From: Methanomicrobiales archaeon
GTDB lineage: Archaea > Halobacteriota > Methanomicrobia > Methanomicrobiales > Methanospirillaceae
DNA: 64,000 nt
NCBI GenBank assembly: GCA_037137755.1
Contig: JBAXJR010000002.1
Span: forward strand, 118,951 to 182,950
Reading direction: 5' to 3'
This document shows, one piece after another, positions 30,819-41,294 of the stretch. Under the pieces are notes generated by a model, which ran no database searches, was not told where the DNA came from, and saw nothing but the letters and a program-made list of their open reading frames with translations. Numbering within the stretch: the first letter of the stretch is position 1; each line of letters opens with the position of its first letter. The position numbers and the translations under genes were made by a program.

Positions 30819-33575
30819 TTATGGTGCCTTTAACCTTGCTATCCCCTTTGGGATGGTGATTTCAAACCGTGCACCCTTACCCGGTTCACCGTTCTCTGCA
30901 ATTGTGATGCCGGTGATCGCCAGTATCTCACGTGAAAGATGGAGCCCGAATCCTGTATGTTTTCCAAATCCAAGTTTAAACAGATTTTTTTTATCTTCCG
31001 GGGTGACCCCTCTGCCATCATCTTCATACACGACCCTCGTCACATTGCCGGAGTCATACGAGGTGACCCGGATTGTTTTCATCTGGTCCCCCCCGTAATT
31101 CAGTGAATTCTGGACCAGGTTGTAAAATACCTTCTCGAACATCGGGTCCGCGAACACTTCCACATCCCGGGGGTCATACAGGACCTTGTGGCTCCCCATT
31201 GGCAATAATGTGGCTCCCCGCCGGACTGTATCATTCACGCTCTGCCATGCTGGCGCATTAATGCCAAGGTTCTGGTAATCTCTCATAAATGCCAGCTGTT
31301 CCTCAATAACTCCTACAATCCTTTTCTCTTTCTCAATAAATTCCATCATCTGGCTGGGTGCATCAGTACAATCACCGGACAGTTCGATGTAGCCATTGAG
31401 TGCAGTAAGCTGGTTCAGGATATCATGACGGGTGATATTATTCATCAGCTGGAGCTGCCGGTTGGACTTTTGCAATGCTTCTTCCGCCCTCCGCCGCCTG
31501 ATCACATTCCACAGGCCGTTCATCAGGAGTGTCAGTTCCCTGGCATCCTTATCACTATAGTCATTTGCCTTGTTTCCCACTCCGGCCACCAGAACGATAC
31601 GGGCCCCCTCAAAAACAGGGATGTTCATATGCCGAGTGATTGGGACGTGGCCCTTTGGATGTCCCTTCTTCAGGGGATTTGGAGCAGCATAATCGTTGGT
31701 AATCACCGGCCTCCTCTGCCGCACTGCCTCTCCCCATAACCCTGTTGCCGAGACCTTATACTCAATCGGTTTTTTACTGACAGAACACTCTTTCATCGCG
31801 GTTTCCGACCAGGCATACATGGTAAGGACGGATTCGTCATCGCTGACAAATGCGAGATATCCGACTGTGCTATCCGTCATCCTCACCCCCTCCTCAATTG
31901 CATAGATTAGGAGGTCTTTTTCGGAAGTCTCATTCATCTGGTAAAATTTAACAAGAGTTTCCAGGCGTGATTCCTCACGCTGTAATGCCATTCTCGATTG
32001 TCCAAGTGCTATTTCGGTATGTTTCCGCCCGGTAACATCCCTTCCGACTGACTGGTATTCCTTTACCCTGCCTGCCATATCAAAAATTGCCCGGTCTGAC
32101 CACTGCTGCCAGCGGACCTCACCGTTCGGCATAATGATCGTATGTTCAATCGTGCCTACAGGGTGGGAAACGGTAAGGGTTGAAAGAAACTGTCGCATCC
32201 TGGCCCTGTCTTCTTCCGGCATACCGGGAATGAACCTCCTTCCGAGAAGGGCCTCTTTTTTAATTCCAAAATACCTGCAGTACGCTTCATTCGCAAAAAT
32301 ATGGGTGCCGTCAGGAAGAAAACGGGAGATGAGCTCGGTCTGATCCTCCACGACATTCCGGTACCGGGTCTCGCTCTCCTTCAGTGACTCCTCGATGTTT
32401 TTCTGTTCAGTGAAATCCCTTCCGACTGACTGGTATTCGACCAGTACCTCCTGGTCGTCAAAAATTGCCCTGTCGCTCCATCGTTGCCACCTTACCTGGC
32501 CATCATCCATTACGATGCGGTGGGTAACCGTTGCAACAGGGTTATCCATGGTTAATGACTGAAAATGCACCCGTACAAGGTGTTTATCTTCTGCCGGGAT
32601 CAGGGGGGAAAATTTTTTACCGATGATCTCCTCCCGTTTCCTGCTGAAATACCGGCAATATGCATCATTAACAAAGACATGCGTCCCGTTGGGTGAAAAC
32701 CTGCAGATAAATTCCGTCTGGTCTTCGACCACGTTCCGGTACTGCTGCTCACTTGCCTCCAGTGCCATTTCCACTGTTTTCCGTTCAGTGATATCCCGTA
32801 TTGATTCAATGGCGCCGACTACCCTGCCTTTCATATCGTAAAGGGGTGAGGCAATGAACCACAGGTACGCACCATTTCCATGATATAACTGGGGAATCAA
32901 TAATTCAGAAATCAGGTTCTGTTCCTTCCTGATGATATGGGGATACTTCTTTTCAAATTCCGTGTCCCTATGTAAAACGAGGTCGAGCAGGATTGGCCGC
33001 CTTTCCCCGTAGAATGGGATTGCATGGGCGTAATTCCCCCTCCCAAGGATAGCGCTGCTTTTAATGCCTGTCATTTCCTCAATTGCCTGGTTCCAGGCTA
33101 TGACATGACCTTCCAGGTCTATTGCGAATGTTGCATCGGGCAGGAAATTAATAATATCTGCCATCCGCTGTTTTGACTCGTCCAACTGTTTCTCTGTCCG
33201 CTTTTTGTCAACGGCGACCTTGATCTTATGCATAAGCTCGACAAACTGGGACTTTGGTTCACCCCCTTTCTGGAGATAAAAATCGGCGCCGTTGTTTATT
33301 GCCTCAATTGCAACATCTTCCCTCCCTTTACCTGTAAAAAGGATGAATGGAATCTCTCCATGGTCTTTACGGACTGATTTTAAAAAAGCAATTCCGTCCA
33401 TCCCCGGCATCTGGTAATCAGATACAATCACATCAAAGTTCCGGGACTGAAGCACCCTGAGGCCCTCAATTGCTGACGGGGCCGTCTGTACTTCAAATCC
33501 ACTATTCCTCTCGAGAAAAGTTTTTGCGAGATCAAGAAGTGCTGGTTCGTCATCTACACAGAGGATTGAATACAA
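30819..33575 (-). CDS. Hybrid sensor histidine kinase: REC, 3 PAS, GAF, HK
   Basis: REC, PAS repeats, GAF (GLWGEAVRQRRPVITNDY...HMNIPV), H-box TRHDILNQ, GFGKHTGFGL. TTG start. Confidence 0.92.
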   Translation of the reverse strand: MYSILCVDDEPALLDLAKTFLERNSGFEVQTAPSAIEGLRVLQSRNFDVIVSDYQMPGMDGIAFLKSVRKDHGEIPFILFTGKGREDVAIEAINNGADFYLQKGGEPKSQFVELMHKIKVAVDKKRTEKQLDESKQRMADIINFLPDATFAIDLEGHVIAWNQAIEEMTGIKSSAILGRGNYAHAIPFYGERRPILLDLVLHRDTEFEKKYPHIIRKEQNLISELLIPQLYHGNGAYLWFIASPLYDMKGRVVGAIESIRDITERKTVEMALEASEQQYRNVVEDQTEFICRFSPNGTHVFVNDAYCRYFSRKREEIIGKKFSPLIPAEDKHLVRVHFQSLTMDNPVATVTHRIVMDDGQVRWQRWSDRAIFDDQEVLVEYQSVGRDFTEQKNIEESLKESETRYRNVVEDQTELISRFLPDGTHIFANEAYCRYFGIKKEALLGRRFIPGMPEEDRARMRQFLSTLTVSHPVGTIEHTIIMPNGEVRWQQWSDRAIFDMAGRVKEYQSVGRDVTGRKHTEIALGQSRMALQREESRLETLVKFYQMNETSEKDLLIYAIEEGVRMTDSTVGYLAFVSDDESVLTMYAWSETAMKECSVSKKPIEYKVSATGLWGEAVRQRRPVITNDYAAPNPLKKGHPKGHVPITRHMNIPVFEGARIVLVAGVGNKANDYSDKDARELTLLMNGLWNVIRRRRAEEALQKSNRQLQLMNNITRHDILNQLTALNGYIELSGDCTDAPSQMMEFIEKEKRIVGVIEEQLAFMRDYQNLGINAPAWQSVNDTVRRGATLLPMGSHKVLYDPRDVEVFADPMFEKVFYNLVQNSLNYGGDQMKTIRVTSYDSGNVTRVVYEDDGRGVTPEDKKNLFKLGFGKHTGFGLHLSREILAITGITIAENGEPGKGARFEITIPKGIARLKAP

Positions 33576-33744
33576 GGTGATTGCATCCCAACAGGTACTA
33601 TCAAGTGGAGAATTGTGATTCGGATATGATAAATTCTGTGATAGCAGTAATCCGGTGGAATTAGCAAAAAGAGCGATAATAATTAAAAAATTAAAATTCA
33701 GATCCCCTCTGTGAAGGATCAGACCTCACGTACAGTCCCGCCCG

Positions 33745-34002
33745 TTATCTGCCTGGCACACCCTGGAGTTGTGATTCCGCAATATTTCGTACCCTCTCTT
33801 TCTGATCAGGTGAAAAGCCGAGTTTATCTACGATCCCTAGAAGGAGTGTCCCGAAGAACTGCTTGCCCTCTGGTGTTGAAATATAGCTGATAACCATATT
33901 CTGCCCTTCAGTGGAAGAGAGAAATTTTTTCACCATTTCCTGTCCATCGGGTGTCTGGAGCATGCCTGACATCACACCACCGATACCGTCTAACAATCCC
34001 AT
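33745..34002 (-). CDS. Small helical protein with three 13-aa repeats
   Basis: ATG 34002; repeats LQTPDGQEMVKKF / LSSTEGQNMVISY / ISTPEGKQFFGTL. Confidence 0.7.
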   Translation of the reverse strand: MGLLDGIGGVMSGMLQTPDGQEMVKKFLSSTEGQNMVISYISTPEGKQFFGTLLLGIVDKLGFSPDQKERVRNIAESQLQGVPGR

Positions 34003-34215
34003 TCTTTTTACCGGTTTGATCTTCGGCAATTCATCCTTTAATTAGGTGTCCTGTCCAATAATTCTTAAAAAAATGTTTTTTTGCGGGTCCGCGGGGAAAA
34101 AAAATCCGCTTTTTTACGACAGAATCTATAAAACTTTGTCCGTATATCGGAGTTTTTAAATTGAAAAATGTAATATATAATTAACAATATGTGGTGGAAC
34201 ATTTTGGAGAAACCT

Positions 34216-35349
34216 ATGTTACGTAATTCACCCCGGACAATCACGATGGTATTTCTCGTGTTTCTGGCCTGTGCAGCCATCGTGGTGCTACCGGTAGGTG
34301 CAGCGAATACAACCCAGACTGTATCGCCCACCCAGACAACCTCCCATGGTACCACTGCCGCCACAACCTCGATTCCCTCAACGACCTATACAACTATTCC
34401 TGTGACATCCACGACGACAACGACGGTATCTGCGACTCATACCACACTACCTGCCACGTCGCAGACCACGACAGCCGTTACAACCGCTGCCCAATCGCTG
34501 GTGAACCCCGTCGTAGCGTTCTATGCCGACGAGACAGATGGTTCAGCACCATTTGAAGTCAAGTTCCACGATATGTCTTCAGGCGGCCCGACCTCGTGGA
34601 GCTGGGACTTTGGTGATGGTACATCCGACACCACCAAGGACCCGTCCCATACCTACCAGGATGCCGGGACCTACACCGTCAGGATGACTGCCACGACCCG
34701 GTCAGGCAGTGCATCCGCTACCCGTGAGGACTACATTATGGTGGACTCGGCAGCTACAGCGACCGCGACGACAACCCTTACGACGACAGCCACCACCTCA
34801 TCCACAACTGCATCCACATCCAATCTTCTCGCAGCCTTCACGGGTTCACCAAGGTCAGGGATCGCCCCCCTGACGGTGGTGTTCAGCGACACCACGGTGG
34901 GGACACCGATCGACTGGAAATGGGACTTTGGTGATGGAGCCTCTGATACGACCCAGAACCCCGTTCATACGTATACAGATGTCGGGTCTTATACGGTATC
35001 TTTGACCGTCAACTCATCCGTTTCCGGGAAAAAAGTTAAACAGGCAGATTTTATCACCGTTAGTTCATCGTTGGATTCAACCCAGGTGGAAAGGACATTA
35101 CCTGGCTCCGGTGGCAGCGGTTCCCAGGTCAGAACCAGGGTTACGACGGGTGCAGGCCCGGACCAGAATTCAGGTCAGGTCAGCACGGGTAAAACAACAA
35201 CCCCGGTGCCCACGCTCACCGGAAAAGCATGGCTTGAGTACGAAAAACAGAGGATGGCCGAAGTGGATGTCATAGCTGCCACCCAGAAGAATAAGGATGT
35301 AATTTCACTGCTATTTGATTTCTTTAAAGGCCTGATTCCGTGGAAATAA
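34216..35349 (+). CDS. Secreted Thr-rich protein with two PKD domains
   Basis: Signal peptide, Thr-rich linkers and two WxWDFGDG...PxHTY PKD motifs. Confidence 0.92.
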   Translation: MLRNSPRTITMVFLVFLACAAIVVLPVGAANTTQTVSPTQTTSHGTTAATTSIPSTTYTTIPVTSTTTTTVSATHTTLPATSQTTTAVTTAAQSLVNPVVAFYADETDGSAPFEVKFHDMSSGGPTSWSWDFGDGTSDTTKDPSHTYQDAGTYTVRMTATTRSGSASATREDYIMVDSAATATATTTLTTTATTSSTTASTSNLLAAFTGSPRSGIAPLTVVFSDTTVGTPIDWKWDFGDGASDTTQNPVHTYTDVGSYTVSLTVNSSVSGKKVKQADFITVSSSLDSTQVERTLPGSGGSGSQVRTRVTTGAGPDQNSGQVSTGKTTTPVPTLTGKAWLEYEKQRMAEVDVIAATQKNKDVISLLFDFFKGLIPWK

Positions 35350-35442
35350 TGTTGTTCCGGGTGAGCAGTCCGGGTATCGCGCCACCGGATTTCACAGGAT
35401 ATTTTCCTATTTGTCCGTTCGATTGACATCCTTCGTTCTATT

Positions 35443-35607
35443 AAAAAAAAGCGGACCTCCATTGGCAGCAGGGGGTTTTAACGGACCCCTGTCCCCTCCC
35501 GGCCGGGATATTCTCCGGGCAGTGAGTCTACCCTGAAGGTTAAGAGATTAAAGAATGCACCCTATCCCAACCTGGACGCCAAAGCGGCGTGGCGGAGTCC
35601 AGAGTGC
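35443..35607 (-). repeat. Dispersed structured element, copy B; candidate ncRNA ending in a T8 tract
   Basis: Core CCCTATCCCAACCTGGACGCCAAAGCGGCGTGG (35560-35592). Several helices contain G-U pairs only when read on the minus strand. Confidence 0.7.
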
Positions 35608-35936
35608 GTGAGTACATTTCAGGGCCCCCTAAAATTGGCATGAAGGATTTTGGTAGATATCACAAAAAGCATGCTATGTGCCTTGGCTCATAGATGGTCA
35701 TGAATAGGCGGCCTTTCAGATGCCAGCTTGTAGTTTTTCGTACCGATCCATTTATGCATAATTCGTAATTCTCCCTATCCGCGGCAATATCCCAGGCTTC
35801 ATCCATGCTACCGGTTTTCAGGCAGAATGACCCCGGGTGTGTCTTCAATATCCGTCATATGGTTGCCAATAATGGCCCATGAGGTTTATTTTATAAGGTG
35901 TTATTATTTCATCAGTAAAAACAGGGAGATCCTGGT

Positions 35937-36524
35937 TTAACCCAGGTATACCACCTGTTTTTTATGCACTTCATTCAATACCTGCCCAAGACCTGTATAA
36001 ATTGCAGCGAATCCGCAAATAATACCTTCATAGCCGGCAATCATGGTGATGGTTGGATTTCCGGTGATATATCCAAGTGCCAGGAGGAAGAAGAGGACTG
36101 CAAGTGAACCAAATACGAACTGGAGTGCTTTTGTTGCTTTTAACGTCCCGATAAACATGACGGCGGTGAATAATCCCCACATAAAGAGATATGCTGCCAT
36201 TGCCGTGTTGCTGGTAGGTTCGGCAAGCCCCATCTTAGGGAGCACTAATAGCGCTACAAGGCTCATCCAGAAGAGTCCGTATGAAAGGAAAGCCGTGGTC
36301 CCGAACGTGTTATTCTTCTTCCATTCCATGAGGCCCGCGATAATCTGGGCAAGCCCGCCGTAAAATATACCCATTGCAAGGACCATTGACACCAGTGCAA
36401 AAAAACCGGCATTATGCAGGTTTAGCAGTACGGTGGTCATGCCAAATCCAAGCAGCCCAAGGGGGGCGGGGTTGGCTGTGAGATCAAATATCTTTACTCC
36501 TACATTTGACGTTTCAGTTTCCAT
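35937..36524 (-). CDS. satP: Acetate uptake transporter, GPR1/FUN34/YaaH (SatP) family
   Basis: Signature [37 protein letters not shown]; six TM segments. Confidence 0.95.
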   Translation of the reverse strand: METETSNVGVKIFDLTANPAPLGLLGFGMTTVLLNLHNAGFFALVSMVLAMGIFYGGLAQIIAGLMEWKKNNTFGTTAFLSYGLFWMSLVALLVLPKMGLAEPTSNTAMAAYLFMWGLFTAVMFIGTLKATKALQFVFGSLAVLFFLLALGYITGNPTITMIAGYEGIICGFAAIYTGLGQVLNEVHKKQVVYLG

Positions 36525-36930
36525 TCTTGTTACTTCCTTTGAGGTTAGTATAATTTTTTAGTTCCATCAAAATCGTGTATTAGGAAAACAGGAAGGTGAA
36601 TCCGGAATCCAATAGTTTTCCTCATCTTCTGTTCCTGAATAATCCCCGGGACTCAAAGTCTGTTTTTGGGATGTTCGTCCCATCAATTTCAGCAATAATG
36701 GTTGGACCTGTTCCTGTTAACTCTGCAGAATACCCTTTGGGAAGGATAAAGGACAATTTTTCTTCCAGATTCTCCCGGTGAAGAATTCCTTTTGTCACGC
36801 CTTGATGTTTACGAAATACCCCATTACCCTGACAAGGTAAGAAGGTAAGCATCTGCATAGCAATTTTGCAAAGCAATATGATCAGTATTATAGGATGGTG
36901 CAGGGATTTTATTATTAAAGAGTTCAACCG

Positions 36931-38997
36931 ATGGAAGAATACCAGAGCGAGATATTACGGATAAAGGTATTACTAGGGGAACACCCGGAAGGCATGAGTA
37001 TCACCGCTATTTCTGGTGAACTGGGTATTAATCGTAATTCAATTGCAAAATATATGGATATTCTGCAGATACAGGGATCTGTAGACGGAAGAAAAGTCGG
37101 CACCTCGAAGATATATTACCTCTCGGAACGTCTTCCGGCGGCATCGATCATGAGGTTCTGTACCCGCCCTCTGTTCGTGATCAACCAGGACTTTGTCATC
37201 ATCAATCTCAACAGGTCATTTTCCGAATGTATTGGTATCCCGAATGACCGTCTTATCCAGCAGCCATTTGAGGCCCTTCCATTCCGTTTTCTGGACGGGG
37301 CGACACCCCGGCAGGTGCTGCGTGCGGCACTCCGTGGCATGGAACAACGGGTCAGGGCCCAGCACATGAGTGGGACCCTGGCGTTCCAGGTCACCCTGCT
37401 CTTTATCCCGGTCGTCTTTGAGAACGGTAAACCCGGGGTCTCGGTAATTATTGAAGAGAATGAACGATCAGGTCAATTCTCTCAAAATGGCCCCGGAACC
37501 AATGGCGATGACAACATGGGCGGCCAGCTGGAATACCATGTGCGTCATACCCCTGAAGGTATCATACATTATGTCAATGAAACATATTGCCGGGCAGTCG
37601 GAAAACAACGTGAGGACCTTGTCGGGCGGATGTTCAAGCCCCTTGTCTCCCCGGAAGATGACAACCGGATAACGCAGCTTCTATCTGGGCTTACCCCGCA
37701 ATACCCGGTAGGGACGATTGAGTACAGTGCCGTGATGGCTAACGGGGAAGTAAACTGGCAGCACTGGCAGATCCACGGGCTTTTCAACTCGCGTGGAGAA
37801 CTGACGGGGTACCATTCTTACGGGATTGATAAGACCGAGGCTGTTGTGTTGCAACAGAAACTTAAAAAGACGCAGGAGATGCTCGAGGAGACTATCGCAA
37901 ATCGTACAGAAGAGCTCCGTACCATCAACCGCCATCTCTATTCGGAGATTGCCCGGCGGGAGAAGATGGAACAGCAGTTTCTCTATACCCAGTTTGCCAT
38001 GGATAATGCACCGGACATGGTGTTCTGGGTAAACCGGAATGCGAGGGTGCAGTACGCAAACAGGATTGCAGTCCTGACGCTCGGCTATTCTGTTGAGGAA
38101 ATACCGGGTCTGTCCTTTGGTGACCTTTGTCCGGCCTTCAACCTTGCACGGTGGGACACGGTATGGGAACAGCTCAAAAATGAAGGGTCAATCACCCTGG
38201 AAACCGGGATCATCAGCAGGGACGGGGTATCTACACCGGTTGAGATTGTCATTAACTACTTAGAATATCATGGTATGGAATTTGCATGCAGTTTCTCAAG
38301 AAATATCACCGACCGTACGCGTATGGAACGGGCCCTTCAGCAGGCCAATAAAAAGCTCAACCTCCTTACGAGTACCACACGTCATGACATCCATAATAAA
38401 ATCACGGTGCTGCTTGGCTACCTCGGGCGTGCGAAAAAGATTACGAAAGATCCCGTCCTCCTCGGATATCTCGAGCGCCAGGAGAAAGCCGCAAAAGAGA
38501 TCAGGAGCGAGATACAGCTTACCCGCGATTTCAAGAACCTTGGCACTGATAGTCCTGTCTGGCTCAATGTCCGGAACATCGCAGGCCTCGCAGCGAATTA
38601 TTACGATGATGAACCCGTGAGGTTCATCATTGACGTTCCCGATATAGAGATCTATGTAGATAATCACCTGGAACGGGTGTTCTTCCAGATCTTTTCAAAC
38701 TCGTTGAAACCTGGGCAGAAGACGACCCTTGTCAGGGTCACCGCAAGCGAGAAAGAACATGGTCTTACCATCATTGTTGAGGACGACGGGAACGGTTTCA
38801 GCGAAGAAGAAAAAGAATCCGCATTTGAATTGAAAACCGGTGGGGAGAACAATGACCTCTTCATCATCCGGGAGATACTCTCACTCACCGGCATTTCTCT
38901 TCAGGAGACAGGGGTGCCAGGCCAGGGTTCCCGTTTTGAGATTGGAGTCCCCCTGTCGTATTACCGGATGCCTGCCCTTCAGCAGGCTGGATATTAG
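36931..38997 (+). CDS. Winged-HTH, multi-PAS, histidine-kinase-like protein
   Basis: N-terminal HTH (GMSITAISGELGINRNSIAKYMDIL...G.SKIYYL), PAS domains and H-box TRHDIHNK. The G2 box is degenerate. Confidence 0.88.
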   Translation: MEEYQSEILRIKVLLGEHPEGMSITAISGELGINRNSIAKYMDILQIQGSVDGRKVGTSKIYYLSERLPAASIMRFCTRPLFVINQDFVIINLNRSFSECIGIPNDRLIQQPFEALPFRFLDGATPRQVLRAALRGMEQRVRAQHMSGTLAFQVTLLFIPVVFENGKPGVSVIIEENERSGQFSQNGPGTNGDDNMGGQLEYHVRHTPEGIIHYVNETYCRAVGKQREDLVGRMFKPLVSPEDDNRITQLLSGLTPQYPVGTIEYSAVMANGEVNWQHWQIHGLFNSRGELTGYHSYGIDKTEAVVLQQKLKKTQEMLEETIANRTEELRTINRHLYSEIARREKMEQQFLYTQFAMDNAPDMVFWVNRNARVQYANRIAVLTLGYSVEEIPGLSFGDLCPAFNLARWDTVWEQLKNEGSITLETGIISRDGVSTPVEIVINYLEYHGMEFACSFSRNITDRTRMERALQQANKKLNLLTSTTRHDIHNKITVLLGYLGRAKKITKDPVLLGYLERQEKAAKEIRSEIQLTRDFKNLGTDSPVWLNVRNIAGLAANYYDDEPVRFIIDVPDIEIYVDNHLERVFFQIFSNSLKPGQKTTLVRVTASEKEHGLTIIVEDDGNGFSEEEKESAFELKTGGENNDLFIIREILSLTGISLQETGVPGQGSRFEIGVPLSYYRMPALQQAGY

Positions 38998-39111
38998 TAC
39001 AAATAAAGTCATAACAACGTTCCAATGCTTCGAATCGGCAGGAGGAAACCCGGGCAATAGAAAAAAATACATATAGTTCTTCCCGACAAACAGTTACCTG
39101 TTACCCATATA

Positions 39112-39489
39112 ATGCCGAGAATCCTCCTTGTTGACGACGATCCTGATATTCTTGATATAATCAGGCTTGATCTGAAAGATGATCCCGATAACAACGTTGA
39201 TGTGTGCCGCTCGGGTCAGGAAGCGCTTAGGTTAGTGGAGCAGAATGACTACGAGGTCATCATCTCGGATATGCGGATGCCGAAGATGAACGGGGTCATT
39301 TTGATAAAAGAACTCCGGGCAATGGGATGTGATTCGATAGTGATCGTTTACTCAGGGCAGGGGATGGGCTCTGATATCAGGGAAGCCCTTGATAGTGGCG
39401 CAGACCATTACCTCCGGAGGAGCGGGGACCCGGATACTGAGTTTTCAGAACTCCGCCGGATCATCAGGAAAATCCCAATAAACAGGTAA
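39112..39489 (+). CDS. Stand-alone response regulator receiver protein
   Basis: ILLVDDD, IISDMRMPKMNG, VYSG. Confidence 0.9.
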   Translation: MPRILLVDDDPDILDIIRLDLKDDPDNNVDVCRSGQEALRLVEQNDYEVIISDMRMPKMNGVILIKELRAMGCDSIVIVYSGQGMGSDIREALDSGADHYLRRSGDPDTEFSELRRIIRKIPINR

Positions 39490-39688
39490 AAACTCTCCTA
39501 TTTAAATTCAATGCCCGGATATCGCACGTATCTTTTTGGGGAACGAAGGGCCCTCAGACTGGACTGCAATCTCAATGGTTGGGACTGTGGCACCGGGTAC
39601 AAGTTTTTTTCCGTGGCAGGTGTGGTTCGGTGCCCTGGATCTTTCTTTATCGTGGACTCTTCTGACATCAGAATGATTCCGTCCCCTG

Positions 39689-40057
39689 CTATCCTGTGGC
39701 AATAATATAGGTGAACCTGGTGTAGGACCAGATCGTGATGCACAGGAACAGTATCAGCGAGATCAAAGTGCCGATATGGTAGAAAAATGTCAGTGTCGGG
39801 AGGTCATGTACACTGTCAAATATCCATTTCCCTGACCCCACCAGGATCAGGCCAAAAAGGGCATTGATGGTGGCCACCGAGAGTGCAAATGCGAGGGTCC
39901 AGGAATTGAGCAGCACCATGATGGCCGGGGCAATGATAAGACCAATCCCTATACCCCCGAGGATAACAGAGAGAATTACCTTTATCCAGTCCGCTATACC
40001 GACTAATTTCCAGTCCTTTTTGAACCTGTAATAGTCCCCGTACAGATCACTAATCAT
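39689..40057 (-). CDS. Hypothetical membrane protein (about three TM segments)
   Basis: 122 aa with an ATG start and three long hydrophobic stretches. Confidence 0.65.
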   Translation of the reverse strand: MISDLYGDYYRFKKDWKLVGIADWIKVILSVILGGIGIGLIIAPAIMVLLNSWTLAFALSVATINALFGLILVGSGKWIFDSVHDLPTLTFFYHIGTLISLILFLCITIWSYTRFTYIIATG

Positions 40058-40184
40058 GGTACAATTTCCACACCTGCATCCATTTTATTTTAGCTGTGAG
40101 GAAAAATCAAAGCCCAGGTACCTGAATTGGCTTTTTTCTATTTCTGGTACCGCTTTGCCTGATTCTTTTTAGTGGTTGCTTGTA

Positions 40185-40748
40185 TTATGCAGGTGCTATT
40201 TTCCTGAACTGGAATGACAGGATAATAGCGATGACCCCGCCGACGACTCCGATACCGCCAAAGACGAATGGGAGTAACGCAACCGCTATGAGCGGGTTTG
40301 CGAGTATCAGGATGCCGAAAATAATGGCAAGCAATCCTATGAACTCTGAACCCCAGTCTTTTGTTCCGAATGCCTGGGCTAGATGTACGGCACCAATCAT
40401 GAGGCCCCAGACACCGGTGAATATCACGAGCATTGCCGGTACTAATACGCTGCTGAACAGCGGGTACATCAGAATCACGATACCTGCAATGACCCCGAGA
40501 ATACCTATCAGAAGTTTCCATCCCAATTGTGAACGGTCTACGAGGAGGCTGACAAGGCTGAAAATACCACTGATAAACCAGTATGCTCCGACAAATGTGA
40601 CAACCAGCATAAGCGTGAGATAAGGCCATACAAGGAAGGAGATACCTAGGATCAGGACTGCAATTCCTAGGACGAGAATTATCCACCAGGGATAGAGTGT
40701 TATTGCACCCATTTTATTTTCAGGTGAGGTTGTAACGGTTTCTGTCAT
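40185..40748 (-). CDS. HdeD/DUF308 family membrane protein
   Basis: WW..LV.GI..LILG...L.WP, duplicated G...I.G helical hairpins, about six TM segments. Confidence 0.85.
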   Translation of the reverse strand: MTETVTTSPENKMGAITLYPWWIILVLGIAVLILGISFLVWPYLTLMLVVTFVGAYWFISGIFSLVSLLVDRSQLGWKLLIGILGVIAGIVILMYPLFSSVLVPAMLVIFTGVWGLMIGAVHLAQAFGTKDWGSEFIGLLAIIFGILILANPLIAVALLPFVFGGIGVVGGVIAIILSFQFRKIAPA

Positions 40749-41026
40749 ATGATCTCCCGGACAGGGAAGGGAAATCCCTCCACGGTGTCCCGTAAAATCT
40801 CCGGTTTCGTATATGAGACCTGATTGAAAGTATCGCCGCCGGATATACTTAATGATTTACCCGGTGTGTCAGGATCCCCCTGATAATTTTTAAAAAAGCA
40901 CCCATCCGGCATACCTTGCGATTAATATAAAAATAGCCGGACTGCATAGAGATAAAGGGATTTTACCCCCTCACTGCCCATCCATGCTACAGTTGAAAAT
41001 GTGTCCCCCGGGATCCGGACCTGCTC

Positions 41027-41254
41027 CTAATTTTTGGTCATATAGAGCTTTAAAATCCCGTTACAGGAGTTGCAGATGTAGTATTCGTTGGTGAAGCAGG
41101 AATTACACACCCATCTCCCGCAAAGACTGCACTGGCGGAGCTCTTCAACAGGAAATGTGGAGTTGCAGAGGTCACAATAGTGACTCCCGAAACTCCCCGG
41201 TGCTTTTACCGGGAACTCCCCCTGTTCACGGAGCGGTTTTATCTCCTTTTTCAG
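41027..41254 (-). CDS. 8-Cys cross-brace (FYVE-like) zinc-finger protein; start uncertain (CTG 41254, TTG 41329 or ATG 41404/41425)
   Basis: CDLC-x11-CSLC-x4-CNSC-x7-CNSC. Confidence 0.75.
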   Translation of the reverse strand: MKKEIKPLREQGEFPVKAPGSFGSHYCDLCNSTFPVEELRQCSLCGRWVCNSCFTNEYYICNSCNGILKLYMTKN

Positions 41255-41294
41255 TTCAAGGTAGATATTGTTCTTCCCTGTCTGCTCAGACTTA

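Noticed and set aside
34300-34830. ACN-rich repetitive DNA as a tandem repeat or CRISPR array
   Set aside because: It is explained by Thr-rich linkers of the PKD protein and has no repeat-spacer periodicity.
35443-35607. Assignment as cobalamin riboswitch, RNase P RNA, SRP RNA, 6S RNA or HDV-like ribozyme
   Set aside because: Only fragments resemble these. Diagnostic cores (AGGGAA and the B12 box, GGAAAGUCC, SRP helix 8, HDV L3/P1.1) are missing.
35660-35858. Short ORF pieces downstream of satP as a gene or acyl-CoA synthetase remnant
   Set aside because: The ATG-led frame stops after 16 codons and no piece has a convincing motif.
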